A stretch of DNA of 64,000 nucleotides from an uncultured Candidatus Saccharibacteria bacterium (GCA_964362175.1 CAYIDD010000001.1:569-64568); one strand, 5' to 3'; positions 18,434 through 26,649 are shown, numbered from the stretch's first letter. Translations and numbers: made by a program. Notes: generated by a model from the letters alone, not told the origin.

Positions 18434-20134
18434 TTATTGCGGACCCGCGGGACTTCCCTCTTCCGCCGAAGCAACGACCGCAACACCGGGGCGAGCCGCT
18501 ATCGGTCTGCGCCAGAGGCGATCATGTATCGCGGAAGCGTTCTCTTTGAATTCCCCATTTCCGAGCATCCAATATACAAAAGCGCAGGCCGCTACGCCAC
18601 ACATGCCCCCCACGAAACCTCTCGTAAAGACCGACAACGTCGTGGATGCAAATGTTATCGGACCAACAGCAATGAGGACGATATAGGTGACCGCACCCCC
18701 GACAAAAGCCGAGAGAGCGCTCTCACCCCACGATCTCCAGACGCTCCGCAAAAAGCCGCCGAAGCGGTGCTCAAAGTGCAGAACGAGGATGAGCGTACTT
18801 ATGACCGCAATGAAAGAGTACGCGAACGCGAGCGTGAGCACACTACTTCCCGGCACACCGGCGACACGCAAGACCTCCTGACTCAATTCCACGAGCCATT
18901 CGTTCTTGAAGAAACCCACCAAGAGGCCGCCGAGCGCTATGGTGCCAAGGGCAGAGAGGCCGGCAACAATGAACGGCACGAAGCTGCGGCCTGCAGCATA
19001 GTATCCGCGAACGAGGAGCAATGTCAGACCCTGACAGACGAGAGAAACGGCGAGAAGCGCGAACGCAGCGGCGGTGAGACGCGTATCCGTCCAGTCAAAC
19101 GCGCCGGAGCCAAGAATAACGCGTACGATGTGTGCGCGTAACACAATGATGAGCGCCGTGATGGGAAGAGACCAGAAAAAAATGTGGCGTGCGGCGGTCG
19201 CGATATGGGACACAAATGCGCTCCGTTCACCGCGCGCTATCGCCGCGGCGAGCGTCGGGAACGCCGCCACGGAGTAAGAAGCACCGACGATGGCAAGTGG
19301 CACCGCTTGCAGGTTGTATGCGAACATAAAGACCGCGATAGAGCCGCTGGTGAGGAACGCTGCGAGCGCCGTAAGTCCGAGGAACGACACTTGATTCATT
19401 GAGAGCGCGAGTGCCCGCGGCACCGAGGTAAAAACCGTTTCAAACAGTACTTTGGTGCCCGTGAAGCGCGGTAATCGGTGGAAAAACCCGTCACCGTAAC
19501 TCGTCGGGATCTGGATGGCGAAATGCATGAACGCACCGAGCACGACGCCGGCGGCAAGGCCTGCGGTTCCCCAGAGCGGATAGAGGAAGAGAACGCCCGC
19601 AATGATGCCGAGGTTGTAGAGGAGCGGCGAGAGCGCATACAGCGCATAGCGTGCACGCACCTGTGTTATCGCGGCAAGGATGTTGGAAAGGCCGAGGAAA
19701 AAGGGTTGCAGGAGCATGATACGCGTAAGAAGGACGAGCTCGCCGTCAGCGGTATTCAATTGCGGAAAAAGGAGGGCAAGAAAAAAAGGCGCGGTAATCG
19801 CCGCGACGACCGAGACTGCCGCGGCAAGAGCCGAGAAACCCACAAGAATGGTATCTATATACGCCCGCTGATCCTCGGGCAACCGTTTCGTTAACTCCGG
19901 GATCAGCACGTACACCGACACGAGCGCGCCCATTGCAACGAAAATAAGATCCGGAATACGGAACGCCGCGTAGTAGAGATCGAGCGTTGCCGAGGCGCCG
20001 AATGCATGCGCCATCAAACGATCCCGAACGAGCGCAAGCAACGATGAGAGAAGCGCGGAAAACGCTAAGATATATACTGCCACATGGAGCCCGCGAACTT
20101 CGTATGAAAGAAATTGGAACGCCCGATTCATCAT
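18434..20134 (-). CDS. murJ: lipid II flippase MurJ (MviN)
   Basis: 566 aa, 14 predicted TM helices, N-terminal motifs typical of MurJ (FGAS..LDLYYAAFRIPDL). Confidence 0.85.
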   Translation of the reverse strand: MMNRAFQFLSYEVRGLHVAVYILAFSALLSSLLALVRDRLMAHAFGASATLDLYYAAFRIPDLIFVAMGALVSVYVLIPELTKRLPEDQRAYIDTILVGFSALAAAVSVVAAITAPFFLALLFPQLNTADGELVLLTRIMLLQPFFLGLSNILAAITQVRARYALYALSPLLYNLGIIAGVLFLYPLWGTAGLAAGVVLGAFMHFAIQIPTSYGDGFFHRLPRFTGTKVLFETVFTSVPRALALSMNQVSFLGLTALAAFLTSGSIAVFMFAYNLQAVPLAIVGASYSVAAFPTLAAAIARGERSAFVSHIATAARHIFFWSLPITALIIVLRAHIVRVILGSGAFDWTDTRLTAAAFALLAVSLVCQGLTLLLVRGYYAAGRSFVPFIVAGLSALGTIALGGLLVGFFKNEWLVELSQEVLRVAGVPGSSVLTLAFAYSFIAVISTLILVLHFEHRFGGFLRSVWRSWGESALSAFVGGAVTYIVLIAVGPITFASTTLSVFTRGFVGGMCGVAACAFVYWMLGNGEFKENASAIHDRLWRRPIAARPGVAVVASAEEGSPAGPQ

Positions 20135-20174
20135 CGTCCGATGCTATCACACTATGCACACACCCGCCGTGAGG

Positions 20175-20525
20175 CGGGCTGTGTGCACTGCTACCTAAGC
20201 CGGATTCTGTCGAGGGCAACCATGTATCTGGGATGAATGTTGCCATTCACCTCAAGCGGCTCTCCTTGGGTGAGATATCCAATTGGTGTATCCCACACAG
20301 GCACGGCTTTGCACAGAGGTAAGAATTTTGCCGTTGCACCCACACCTCTCGATGTGATTATTCCCACCGGGAATCCTTCCCCTTTCGGAGTCGGCGTCAC
20401 TGTTCGCATCTCTCGCCTTGCGGCGGACGGGCGTTACCCGCTACCCTTCTCCGTCTTGCGACGGCTGTGTCCGGACTTTCCTCTATATGCCTTGCGGCAC
20501 ACAGCAGCTGCCTAACGCAGGCTGA
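20175..20525 (-). ncRNA. rnpB: RNase P RNA (bacterial type A-like, reduced P2/P3 region)
   Basis: reverse complement carries GGAAAGUCCGGAC (P4 5' strand), GGUAACGCC (P10/11 region) and ACAGAAUCCGGCUUAG (P4 3' strand). P1 GCUGUGUGC/GCACACAGC. Terminal hairpin cccgcc-gtga-ggcggg at 20163-20178. Ends approximate. Confidence 0.7.
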
Positions 20526-20583
20526 CAAGGTAGCATATTTTCGCTCTTTTCTCAACCAACACCCCAAGAAACTCGTCGAAGGT

Positions 20584-20668
20584 AGGCGCTGGCGGAGACT
20601 CCGCAGGCCGAAGAGGCCGAGGGTTGAGGAATTTTTCAGCAGAAAAATTCCGGTCTCCGCCAGCGCCT
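20584..20668 (-). ncRNA. conserved three-stem structured element, copy 2
   Basis: 16-bp perfect outer stem aggcgctggcggagac/gtctccgccagcgcct, ggcc-GAAGA-ggcc hairpin, ggaattttt-CAGCAG-aaaaattcc hairpin. Sits between the RNR stop and the rnpB promoter. Confidence 0.45.
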
Positions 20669-20687
20669 GCCGAGTAAGAGTTTCACC

Positions 20688-23048
20688 TCAAATAATCTCG
20701 CATGTCCCTCCCGCACACGCCAATTCCTTTGCCTGATCCGTCTCGTCGGTCCGCTCGTAGATGATCAACTTGGAGTAATCGACTGCGGGGAATTTTGCCG
20801 CGAGCTGCTCGTAGGTTTTCTTATCGATGGCCTCGTACGGCGCGAGTCGGTACACGTGATTCTCACGCGGAAGGAACGAGAGGCCGCCGATGATATCCCA
20901 GTTGTCCGAGATCCATGCAACGACTGCCACCCACTCCTCATCGCCGACGGAGATCGTTGCCGACGGATTATGTTCGGTGTAATTCAATTTAACTTTCTTC
21001 CAGTACTCAAGCTGTTCGATCGCGGAAAGATCGTTCTTGAATACAGAACCATTCGGTGCTTTGACCGGAAATTCGAGTACGAAGGTGCTCGCATCGTGCG
21101 CCTGCTGTCCCACCTCGGGATGTGCCTGCACGCCCTGATCGCGCATCATCTTGAAGAGCGAGTCGGTTGCGCTGATACGCACACGACGGATGTAGTACTG
21201 AGAATGACGCGGGTGAATACCTGAAGAGCAATTGAATGTCTGCGAGACCGTGCCCGACGGTTTTACGCACGTGATCGAGCTCGATGCGTTGATGCCGAAG
21301 CGCTTGGCGTACGTCTGGTTTGCTTTTTTGGTCGCTTCGCGCATCTTGCGCATCACTTTTTCATCGCGCACCGCGGGACAATCCCATTGACCCGTGATCG
21401 AGACACCGAGCAGGCGCTCTGCCTGACAATTTTCCTGCCACTCTTTCGAAATGTAGTTGAAGTTGGTCAGTGTTGATTGATACGTGCCCAAAAGCGTTGC
21501 GAGCTTCGCCTTGCGGAGTAACGACACCGGCGTGTCGTCGGCGCGCGCGATGACTTCCGAAAGATTGCAGAACTGTTTTGACTGGAGGATGATCTCGCCG
21601 CATGGATTGGTGCCCACCTGACCGATGAAATTACCTTTCTTGCCGCGTTTCTTTTGAAGGAGTGCGATGCGGCGCTCGGGCATCGTCTTTTCGAGCGACC
21701 CGCGGTTGAATATGCCGCGTTCACCGGTGCCGCTCTTCATGAGTGCCACCCATTCATCCATCAATTCAGCGTTCGATGGTTTCACTTCGTACACGGCGGA
21801 GTTGTTGGCTACCGATCGGTACGGATCCGTGAGGAAGAATTGACCCTTCTTGGCATCACGGATCTCGACATCGTCGAGGTCCGAGAGGCTGATCATCGCG
21901 GTGCGGCGCACGCCGCCGGCTACGACGCACTCGCCTATTTTGCAGATGATGTCGTGAGCGTCGATGTTGCGGAGGCGTCTTCCCTGTCGTCTCAGAATGC
22001 GGTCGCGTGCAAATGCGAGGAGCGAACGCAGCGGTTCCGGACCGGATGCTTTGCCGCCCATCGTCTTGAGTCGGGCACCTGCCGGACGGATCATCGAAAA
22101 ATCAAAATCGACATCTTTACCGGAGTACCACGCTTTGAGACCGAGCGTCAGAGAATCGCACCATCCTTCTTTTGTATCAGCAACAACGTGCGTGCCCAAT
22201 TTTTCTCCCGTCTGTTTTTCTATCTGCGGAAGCTGCTGAACGTTCTGGCTTTCTACCGCGTAGCCCACCCCGCACCCCTGCATGGAGAGATACATTATCT
22301 CTGCAAAATCTTCAAGCTTTACGGGAGCAGTGAACGAACAGTTGTAAAAACACGTATTGCATTTTCTCGCAGGCGCTCCGGCAAACTGCATCGCGCGCAT
22401 ACTTGGCATCACTTCTTGCTTAAGGATCGCTTCGCGAATTTCTGCGTACTCTCTTTTGGTGAGCTTATCGCCGAGATTCTCTTTCATGAATCCAACGTAG
22501 CGCTCGACGGTCTCTATCCATGTCTCGCGGCGCTGCTCACTCTCGATCCAGCGCGCATACGTGCGTAAATAGATAAATTCGCCGAGTGCATTGTTCTTGA
22601 AATACTGCCTGCTCTCCTCGGTGAGCTTTCGCACGTGCTCAGGCACCTCGCCCTGCTCCTTGCGCAGCTTCGAACGCTCGGCACGGTACAGAATATATGC
22701 TTTGGCGGTGCCCACGTAGTCGGAAAGGATGAGTTGGCGCTCGACTTCATCCTGACAACCCTCAACGGTAGGGAGAAAATTCTTGTAGGTCTTTGCGATA
22801 CGCATCATTTCACCTGCAACCTTGTGCGCAACGACGGCCGCCTCGTCGCGCGAGCCCTCATTGGAAGCCGCCATGGCCTTGTGAATGACATTTACGATTT
22901 TTGGGAAATCAAATGGGACGATCCTCCCGTCTCTTTTTTGGATCTGCGACAAATATTTTTTATAGACGCGGATCGCAGAACCATCGTCCGAGGGTACTGT
23001 GGCGACCTTTCCTCTTGCCAAGCGTGCAGTGGCTCTTGTCATGCGCAT
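20688..23048 (-). CDS. nrdJ: adenosylcobalamin-dependent (class II) ribonucleotide reductase with N-terminal ATP-cone
   Basis: 786 aa. ATP-cone (KRDGRIVPFDFPKI). RNR 10-stranded barrel motifs (NPCGEI, CNLSEV). No Fe/tyrosyl R2 gene nearby. Confidence 0.85.
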   Translation of the reverse strand: MRMTRATARLARGKVATVPSDDGSAIRVYKKYLSQIQKRDGRIVPFDFPKIVNVIHKAMAASNEGSRDEAAVVAHKVAGEMMRIAKTYKNFLPTVEGCQDEVERQLILSDYVGTAKAYILYRAERSKLRKEQGEVPEHVRKLTEESRQYFKNNALGEFIYLRTYARWIESEQRRETWIETVERYVGFMKENLGDKLTKREYAEIREAILKQEVMPSMRAMQFAGAPARKCNTCFYNCSFTAPVKLEDFAEIMYLSMQGCGVGYAVESQNVQQLPQIEKQTGEKLGTHVVADTKEGWCDSLTLGLKAWYSGKDVDFDFSMIRPAGARLKTMGGKASGPEPLRSLLAFARDRILRRQGRRLRNIDAHDIICKIGECVVAGGVRRTAMISLSDLDDVEIRDAKKGQFFLTDPYRSVANNSAVYEVKPSNAELMDEWVALMKSGTGERGIFNRGSLEKTMPERRIALLQKKRGKKGNFIGQVGTNPCGEIILQSKQFCNLSEVIARADDTPVSLLRKAKLATLLGTYQSTLTNFNYISKEWQENCQAERLLGVSITGQWDCPAVRDEKVMRKMREATKKANQTYAKRFGINASSSITCVKPSGTVSQTFNCSSGIHPRHSQYYIRRVRISATDSLFKMMRDQGVQAHPEVGQQAHDASTFVLEFPVKAPNGSVFKNDLSAIEQLEYWKKVKLNYTEHNPSATISVGDEEWVAVVAWISDNWDIIGGLSFLPRENHVYRLAPYEAIDKKTYEQLAAKFPAVDYSKLIIYERTDETDQAKELACAGGTCEII

Positions 23049-23148
23049 TTTCGACTAAACTTTTAACGGACGTTCATTGTACTCCTGCGCGATAAACTTT
23101 GCCGCATCGGGCACCTGTTGATAACTCACCTCCCCTCCAATTTCGCCT

Positions 23149-23649
23149 CTAGAGTCGCACAATATCCCCCAAAGAAACGTTATTCCGGCCCACAAAACCT
23201 GCCGGAAGCTCCAAAACATAGCGGGCAGGACCTGAAGAGACGAAACTCTGGGGATACGTGTCTGGCGACACATTTTCAAGCATGTAAACAACTCTTCCGT
23301 CTTCCGACCCGTCTCGACTCGGTCGATCCGAGGCGGAAAGCCAGAGGATGTCGATCGAAAAACGCATGTCTTTCATCCAGAATGCGTACTGACCGTCTTC
23401 AGGAAAAATAAAAAGCATTCCTTCGTCTGGCGCGAGGCGCTCGCGCCCGCTCAGACCGATCTGGCGCTCCTCGGGCGTGTCCATCACCGATACACGCACT
23501 GTCGTGTTCCCCACCCGCACCGTTGGTCCAGGAGATGTTTCGGGAATGGTCGATTCAGCGACACGTTTCTCATCACTACGTAGCACGAAGATCGCGCCAA
23601 CGATCAAAAAAATCGCCAGAACTGCGATCGGAGCGCGTATATATTTCAT
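23149..23649 (-). CDS. DUF192-family secreted protein
   Basis: GMLFIFPE....FWMKDMRFSIDILW motif. N-terminal TM/signal. Start at MKYIRAP. Confidence 0.55.
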   Translation of the reverse strand: MKYIRAPIAVLAIFLIVGAIFVLRSDEKRVAESTIPETSPGPTVRVGNTTVRVSVMDTPEERQIGLSGRERLAPDEGMLFIFPEDGQYAFWMKDMRFSIDILWLSASDRPSRDGSEDGRVVYMLENVSPDTYPQSFVSSGPARYVLELPAGFVGRNNVSLGDIVRL

Positions 23650-23675
23650 AGGAGACCCAGACGAACGTAACGACA

Positions 23676-24143
23676 TCACTCGGCGATATAAATCTCCGGA
23701 CTCACTTGATCGTATAAGCCTCCGGAACCCGCCTGCGTGCCGAGAGTAAGAACTACCGCCATAACGATGAGTGTCACGAGCCAGTACAGCGAGTTAATGA
23801 GATAGAGCCGGAATGGCTTGTGCTCCCACAACACCGTACCCAGCATAACGGGCGCCACGAATCCCACCCAGCACCAGAATCCGAGTTCGATCGCACCGAT
23901 CCAATCATACACACCCCACGCGATGCCGAAATAATTCATTACGTATGCAGCCATCATTCCTGCAAAAAGTGAAATGAGCGCATGAAGATGTCTGTTCTTC
24001 TTTCCACGCTCCGCCATTTCCGGTGTGATGTTGTTCAATCGCACCCACGCATTGCCGAAAACTTTTGGGTGATACCAAACCCATCCGATGAGCACGGAAG
24101 CAACGCCCGCCGCGAACACCGGCCAGAATGTAACATCGATCAT
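23676..24143 (-). CDS. DUF1761-family membrane protein
   Basis: MIDVTFWPVFAAGVASVLIGWVWYHPKVFGNAW N-terminus typical of DUF1761. The ORF track extends upstream to 24227, probably spuriously. Confidence 0.5.
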   Translation of the reverse strand: MIDVTFWPVFAAGVASVLIGWVWYHPKVFGNAWVRLNNITPEMAERGKKNRHLHALISLFAGMMAAYVMNYFGIAWGVYDWIGAIELGFWCWVGFVAPVMLGTVLWEHKPFRLYLINSLYWLVTLIVMAVVLTLGTQAGSGGLYDQVSPEIYIAE

Positions 24144-24212
24144 AGGCGCATGATAGCTCACGGACGCGCTCCGTCCAGACGAAGATGTGCATAGATGCGA
24201 AGGACAAGAGGA

Positions 24213-24236
24213 CACGCTTTCTCCCACACAAAGCGG
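24213..24236. repeat. 24-bp direct repeat, left copy (att-like), cacgctttctcccacacaaagcgg
   Basis: identical to 25952-25975, which abuts the 3' end of tRNA-Ser. Confidence 0.8.
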
Positions 24237-24339
24237 GCCGTCCGCAGTTCGAACTTTTAGAGATTAGCTACTTGCAACAAGTTATCCACTAACACAAAAC
24301 CGCCTACGGTGAATAGGCGGCTTGTGTCCTAAGTGACGA

Positions 24340-24504
24340 TTAACGACCACCCAAAATCCCACTGGGCTGTCTCGGTTCTTCGGGCTTTCCTCCCTTGTCC
24401 AACTCTCTTAATCGCTTCTCAACCTCCTCCAAACGCTGTGATATACGGGTGATTACCGCATTCACATGCGCATACAAACTCTCAACCGTGTCTGGTACTT
24501 TCAT
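24340..24504 (-). CDS. mini-ORF (54 aa, coiled-coil-like) inside AT-rich islet segment
   Basis: MKVPDTVESLYAHVNAVITRISQRLEEVEKRLRELDKGGKPEEPRQPSGILGGR. Divergent from a 48-aa ORF 26 nt away. Not in the ORF track (<60 aa). Confidence 0.25.
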   Translation of the reverse strand: MKVPDTVESLYAHVNAVITRISQRLEEVEKRLRELDKGGKPEEPRQPSGILGGR

Positions 24505-24530
24505 AATTACTCTTTCTAATTAACTCGACA

Positions 24531-24677
24531 ATGAATAAATCTACAAAGAAGTCTAAAATATCCTCTATTAGAGCCGATGTTAAGGCCTTACGAAAGGATT
24601 TTAAACTTCTCGCATCCCTCCTTGAACGTCTGTGTCAACTAACGGGGGCTAGTAGGGCCGAACTCGCGAAGATGTGA
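24531..24677 (+). CDS. mini-ORF (48 aa) ending in HTH-like LTGASRAELAKM (possible truncated Xre/excisionase-like regulator)
   Basis: MNKSTKKSKISSIRADVKALRKDFKLLASLLERLCQLTGASRAELAKM. Divergent partner of the 54-aa ORF. Confidence 0.25.
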   Translation: MNKSTKKSKISSIRADVKALRKDFKLLASLLERLCQLTGASRAELAKM

Positions 24678-24822
24678 ACTTACTTAAAAGGGGGTTACTA
24701 ATAATTAGTGTCCACAGTATACTACAATAACTTGTTGCAGGTATATAGGCTCTGAACTTTTGACATCAAGCACCGTAAGGGTTCTTTAGTAAGTTCCAGG
24801 GCGACTTGCCGAGGTGTCCGCA

Positions 24823-25767
24823 TCACGAGGCCTTATTTGCACCTTCAAGCTCTTCTTGTTTACTTCGGGCGTAACGATTTAACTCTTGACCTTGATCACT
24901 CAAGTAACCGGCCGTTGAAAAAGCACGCCATATTTTGCCTCGAGCTTCATTCATTTCTTTTAACGTTTGAGCGGTATCGAAAGTGTGTCTGAAGATACCG
25001 TACTCCTTATCCGTAGCGGTTTTTTGCAACTCTCTTCCTTGATAGGACAGACTGCCACCAGGGGTTACGCACAACTGCCATATCTTTGCCTTGATTTTTT
25101 CTAAACCATCAACGGTATTCTCTTCCTCTATCTGTTTTGAGAATATGCCAGCCATATGTTCGTTAGCTGCATGGTACACAATGTCCACAACCGATGAAAC
25201 AATCCGATAGTCGCTATGAATTACTTGATGTATCAGTTCCTTATATTGGTTTCTTAGACTGTCGATCTCTTCGACTGCTTTGATATTGCTAAAACCTTTC
25301 GCAAAAACCGATTTTATTTTCGATTCGAGCACGTCTGCAAGTTGTTTCTCGTTAAATTCGCCTTTGTCGTGCTTACCATACTTTTCATCATTCAAATCTT
25401 TCCGAAGCTTTAAAAGTTCTTCTATATTTTGCGCTGACTGTATTCGTTCGTTCCATGGTCGACTGTCTTTCTCTTCTCGTGGCGGCCATCTACGCTCGGG
25501 CTCACGTAACTGACCAGGAATATATTGTGCTCGCTTTTCGGGATCCTTGAGAGTGGCGTAGGCTTCCGAAACCAATTTCATTTTCTCGGCGTCTCCCCCA
25601 CTTTCCGAGTCGGGATGAAGGTTTTTTGAGATCGTTCTGAAAGCGACAGCAATTTCGGTCTGCGACGCATCGGACGCAACACCGAGTCTCGCATAAAAAT
25701 CAGCAGTAGCTTCGATATGCGGGGTCAAACGATTTTGCTTCGAACTTGGCTCGACCCGCTCTTTCAT
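24823..25767 (-). CDS. J-domain (DnaJ N-terminal domain) protein, no Zn-finger/CTD; low-GC, likely horizontally acquired
   Basis: DFYARLGV..EIAVAFRTISKNLHPDSE..KLVSEAYATLKDPEKRAQY with HPD tripeptide. The rest is a Lys/Glu-rich helical region with no recognisable domain. Confidence 0.6.
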   Translation of the reverse strand: MKERVEPSSKQNRLTPHIEATADFYARLGVASDASQTEIAVAFRTISKNLHPDSESGGDAEKMKLVSEAYATLKDPEKRAQYIPGQLREPERRWPPREEKDSRPWNERIQSAQNIEELLKLRKDLNDEKYGKHDKGEFNEKQLADVLESKIKSVFAKGFSNIKAVEEIDSLRNQYKELIHQVIHSDYRIVSSVVDIVYHAANEHMAGIFSKQIEEENTVDGLEKIKAKIWQLCVTPGGSLSYQGRELQKTATDKEYGIFRHTFDTAQTLKEMNEARGKIWRAFSTAGYLSDQGQELNRYARSKQEELEGANKAS

Positions 25768-25864
25768 GGCTAAACTATAACACTATCCGCAAAAGCTTCT
25801 TGAAGCCATCGACAACGCATCGAAACCATAGGCGTCCGCATACCTCCGATACTTCTTTCTTCGG

Positions 25865-25896
25865 GCGGAGGCGGAGAGATTCGAACTCTCGGTGCC
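25865..25896 (-). pseudogene. tRNA-Ser 3'-end fragment (32 nt, T-arm + acceptor 3' strand), duplicated att remnant
   Basis: gcggaggcggagagattcgaactctcggtgcc is identical to 25972-26003 of the intact tRNA-Ser. No 5' half is present. Confidence 0.7.
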
Positions 25897-25951
25897 CTCC
25901 CGATTTCTTCAAGCTCGCTTGATTAGAAATCGCAGTTCTTTAGGGTTGCGG

Positions 25952-25975
25952 CACGCTTTCTCCCACACAAAGCGG
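25952..25975. repeat. 24-bp direct repeat, right copy, overlapping tRNA-Ser 3' end
   Basis: cacgctttctcccacacaaagcgg; the last 3 nt are the tRNA discriminator region. Confidence 0.8.
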
Positions 25976-26057
25976 AGGCGGAGAGATTCGAACTCTCGGT
26001 GCCTTGCGGCACACACGCTTTCCAAGCGTGCGCACTAGACCACTATGCGACGCCTCC
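25973..26057 (-). tRNA. tRNA-Ser (GGA)
   Basis: acceptor GGAGGCG/CGCCTCC, 3-bp D-stem, anticodon stem CACGC/GCGTG with loop TTGGAAA, long variable arm TGCCGCAAGGCA, T-loop TTCGAAT. Confidence 0.8.
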
Positions 26058-26092
26058 GTGCGCATGAGTATACGACAACTCGGTAGAGGTTC

Positions 26093-26125
26093 AAAAAATA
26101 TGGCGGTCGCATTTGCGCGACCGCC
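26093..26125 (-). terminator. intrinsic terminator (hairpin + U-tract on minus strand)
   Basis: ggcggtcgc atttgc gcgaccgcc, a 9-bp stem 2 nt after the stop of ORF 26128..26391, followed on the minus strand by AUAUUUUUUG. Confidence 0.6.
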
Positions 26126-26127
26126 CT

Positions 26128-26391
26128 TCACATCCCCCTCGTCAACTTCGAGCTCCGCCGACGTCTGCGCCGTTTTTTGCTCAAGTACCACTTTTGTTGT
26201 TCGACGTCGGCAGCCGTGATCGGTCCGAGAAGTCGTTCCTTCGGCGGAGGGGTCCACATCACCGGAAGGACAATGATGATTGCAGACCCATCCATCCGGC
26301 GACACAACTTGGAACGCCAGTTCGGTTGAAACCAAATAACTGTGCCCATCATTGCCTCCATGATTAAGGGGCCGAACTCACAACACGTCAT
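26128..26391 (-). CDS. hypothetical protein (87 aa)
   Basis: ORF in the htpX-distal gene string. Supported mainly by the terminator immediately after its stop. Confidence 0.3.
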   Translation of the reverse strand: MTCCEFGPLIMEAMMGTVIWFQPNWRSKLCRRMDGSAIIIVLPVMWTPPPKERLLGPITAADVEQQKWYLSKKRRRRRRSSKLTRGM

Positions 26392-26649
26392 CTAGTTCTT
26401 CCTGTTCCACGGGTTTTTCCGCCCCGTGGGATTGCTTGAGTCGAACTTAAGCTCGACGGCTCGCAACGGCACCACCGTCGCTTGAGACGCAGCGAACTCC
26501 CGACCCCGCTTCAGCTGGCGCGCAGCCTCTTCCGCCAGCAGATCCTCGACACTTTTCATCCTTTCCTCAGGCAGAGTTTCCCGGAAAATCCGGTTGACCG
26601 CCTCCTGAGCCCGCAACCATCGGTAGTGAGCGAGCCTGATTATCGTCAT
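26392..26649 (-). CDS. hypothetical protein (~85 aa)
   Basis: ORF contiguous with the downstream one. Start taken at MTIIRLAHYRWL. Confidence 0.3.
   Translation of the reverse strand: MTIIRLAHYRWLRAQEAVNRIFRETLPEERMKSVEDLLAEEAARQLKRGREFAASQATVVPLRAVELKFDSSNPTGRKNPWNRKN

Larger units (their letters stand above)
24237..25951. mobile_element. low-GC islet between 24-bp direct repeats at tRNA-Ser (degraded integrative element; no integrase present)
   Basis: bounded by 24-bp direct repeats, one overlapping the tRNA-Ser 3' end. Contains an extra 32-nt tRNA-Ser 3' fragment, an AT-rich non-coding stretch with divergent mini-ORFs, and a low-GC J-domain gene. Confidence 0.45.

Noticed and set aside
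18395-19141. 248-aa plus-strand ORF rich in Arg/Glu
   Set aside because: Antisense to murJ, whose 14-TM product is unambiguous.
20191-20515. ORFs 20191-20409 (-) and 20237-20515 (+)
   Set aside because: They lie entirely within the RNase P RNA gene, identified by its P4 and other conserved motifs.
21654-22568. 304-aa ORF antisense to the ribonucleotide reductase gene
   Set aside because: Antisense to a confidently identified 786-aa CDS. Low-complexity product.
23049-23148. Looked for NrdR boxes or a cobalamin riboswitch upstream of nrdJ
   Set aside because: The 100-nt spacer has no NrdR-box-like palindromes. It is too short and lacks B12-box motifs for a cobalamin riboswitch.
25940-26335. 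131-aa ORF on minus strand
   Set aside because: It overlaps tRNA-Ser and the terminator hairpin. The alternative-frame ORF 26128-26391 fits the terminator position better.
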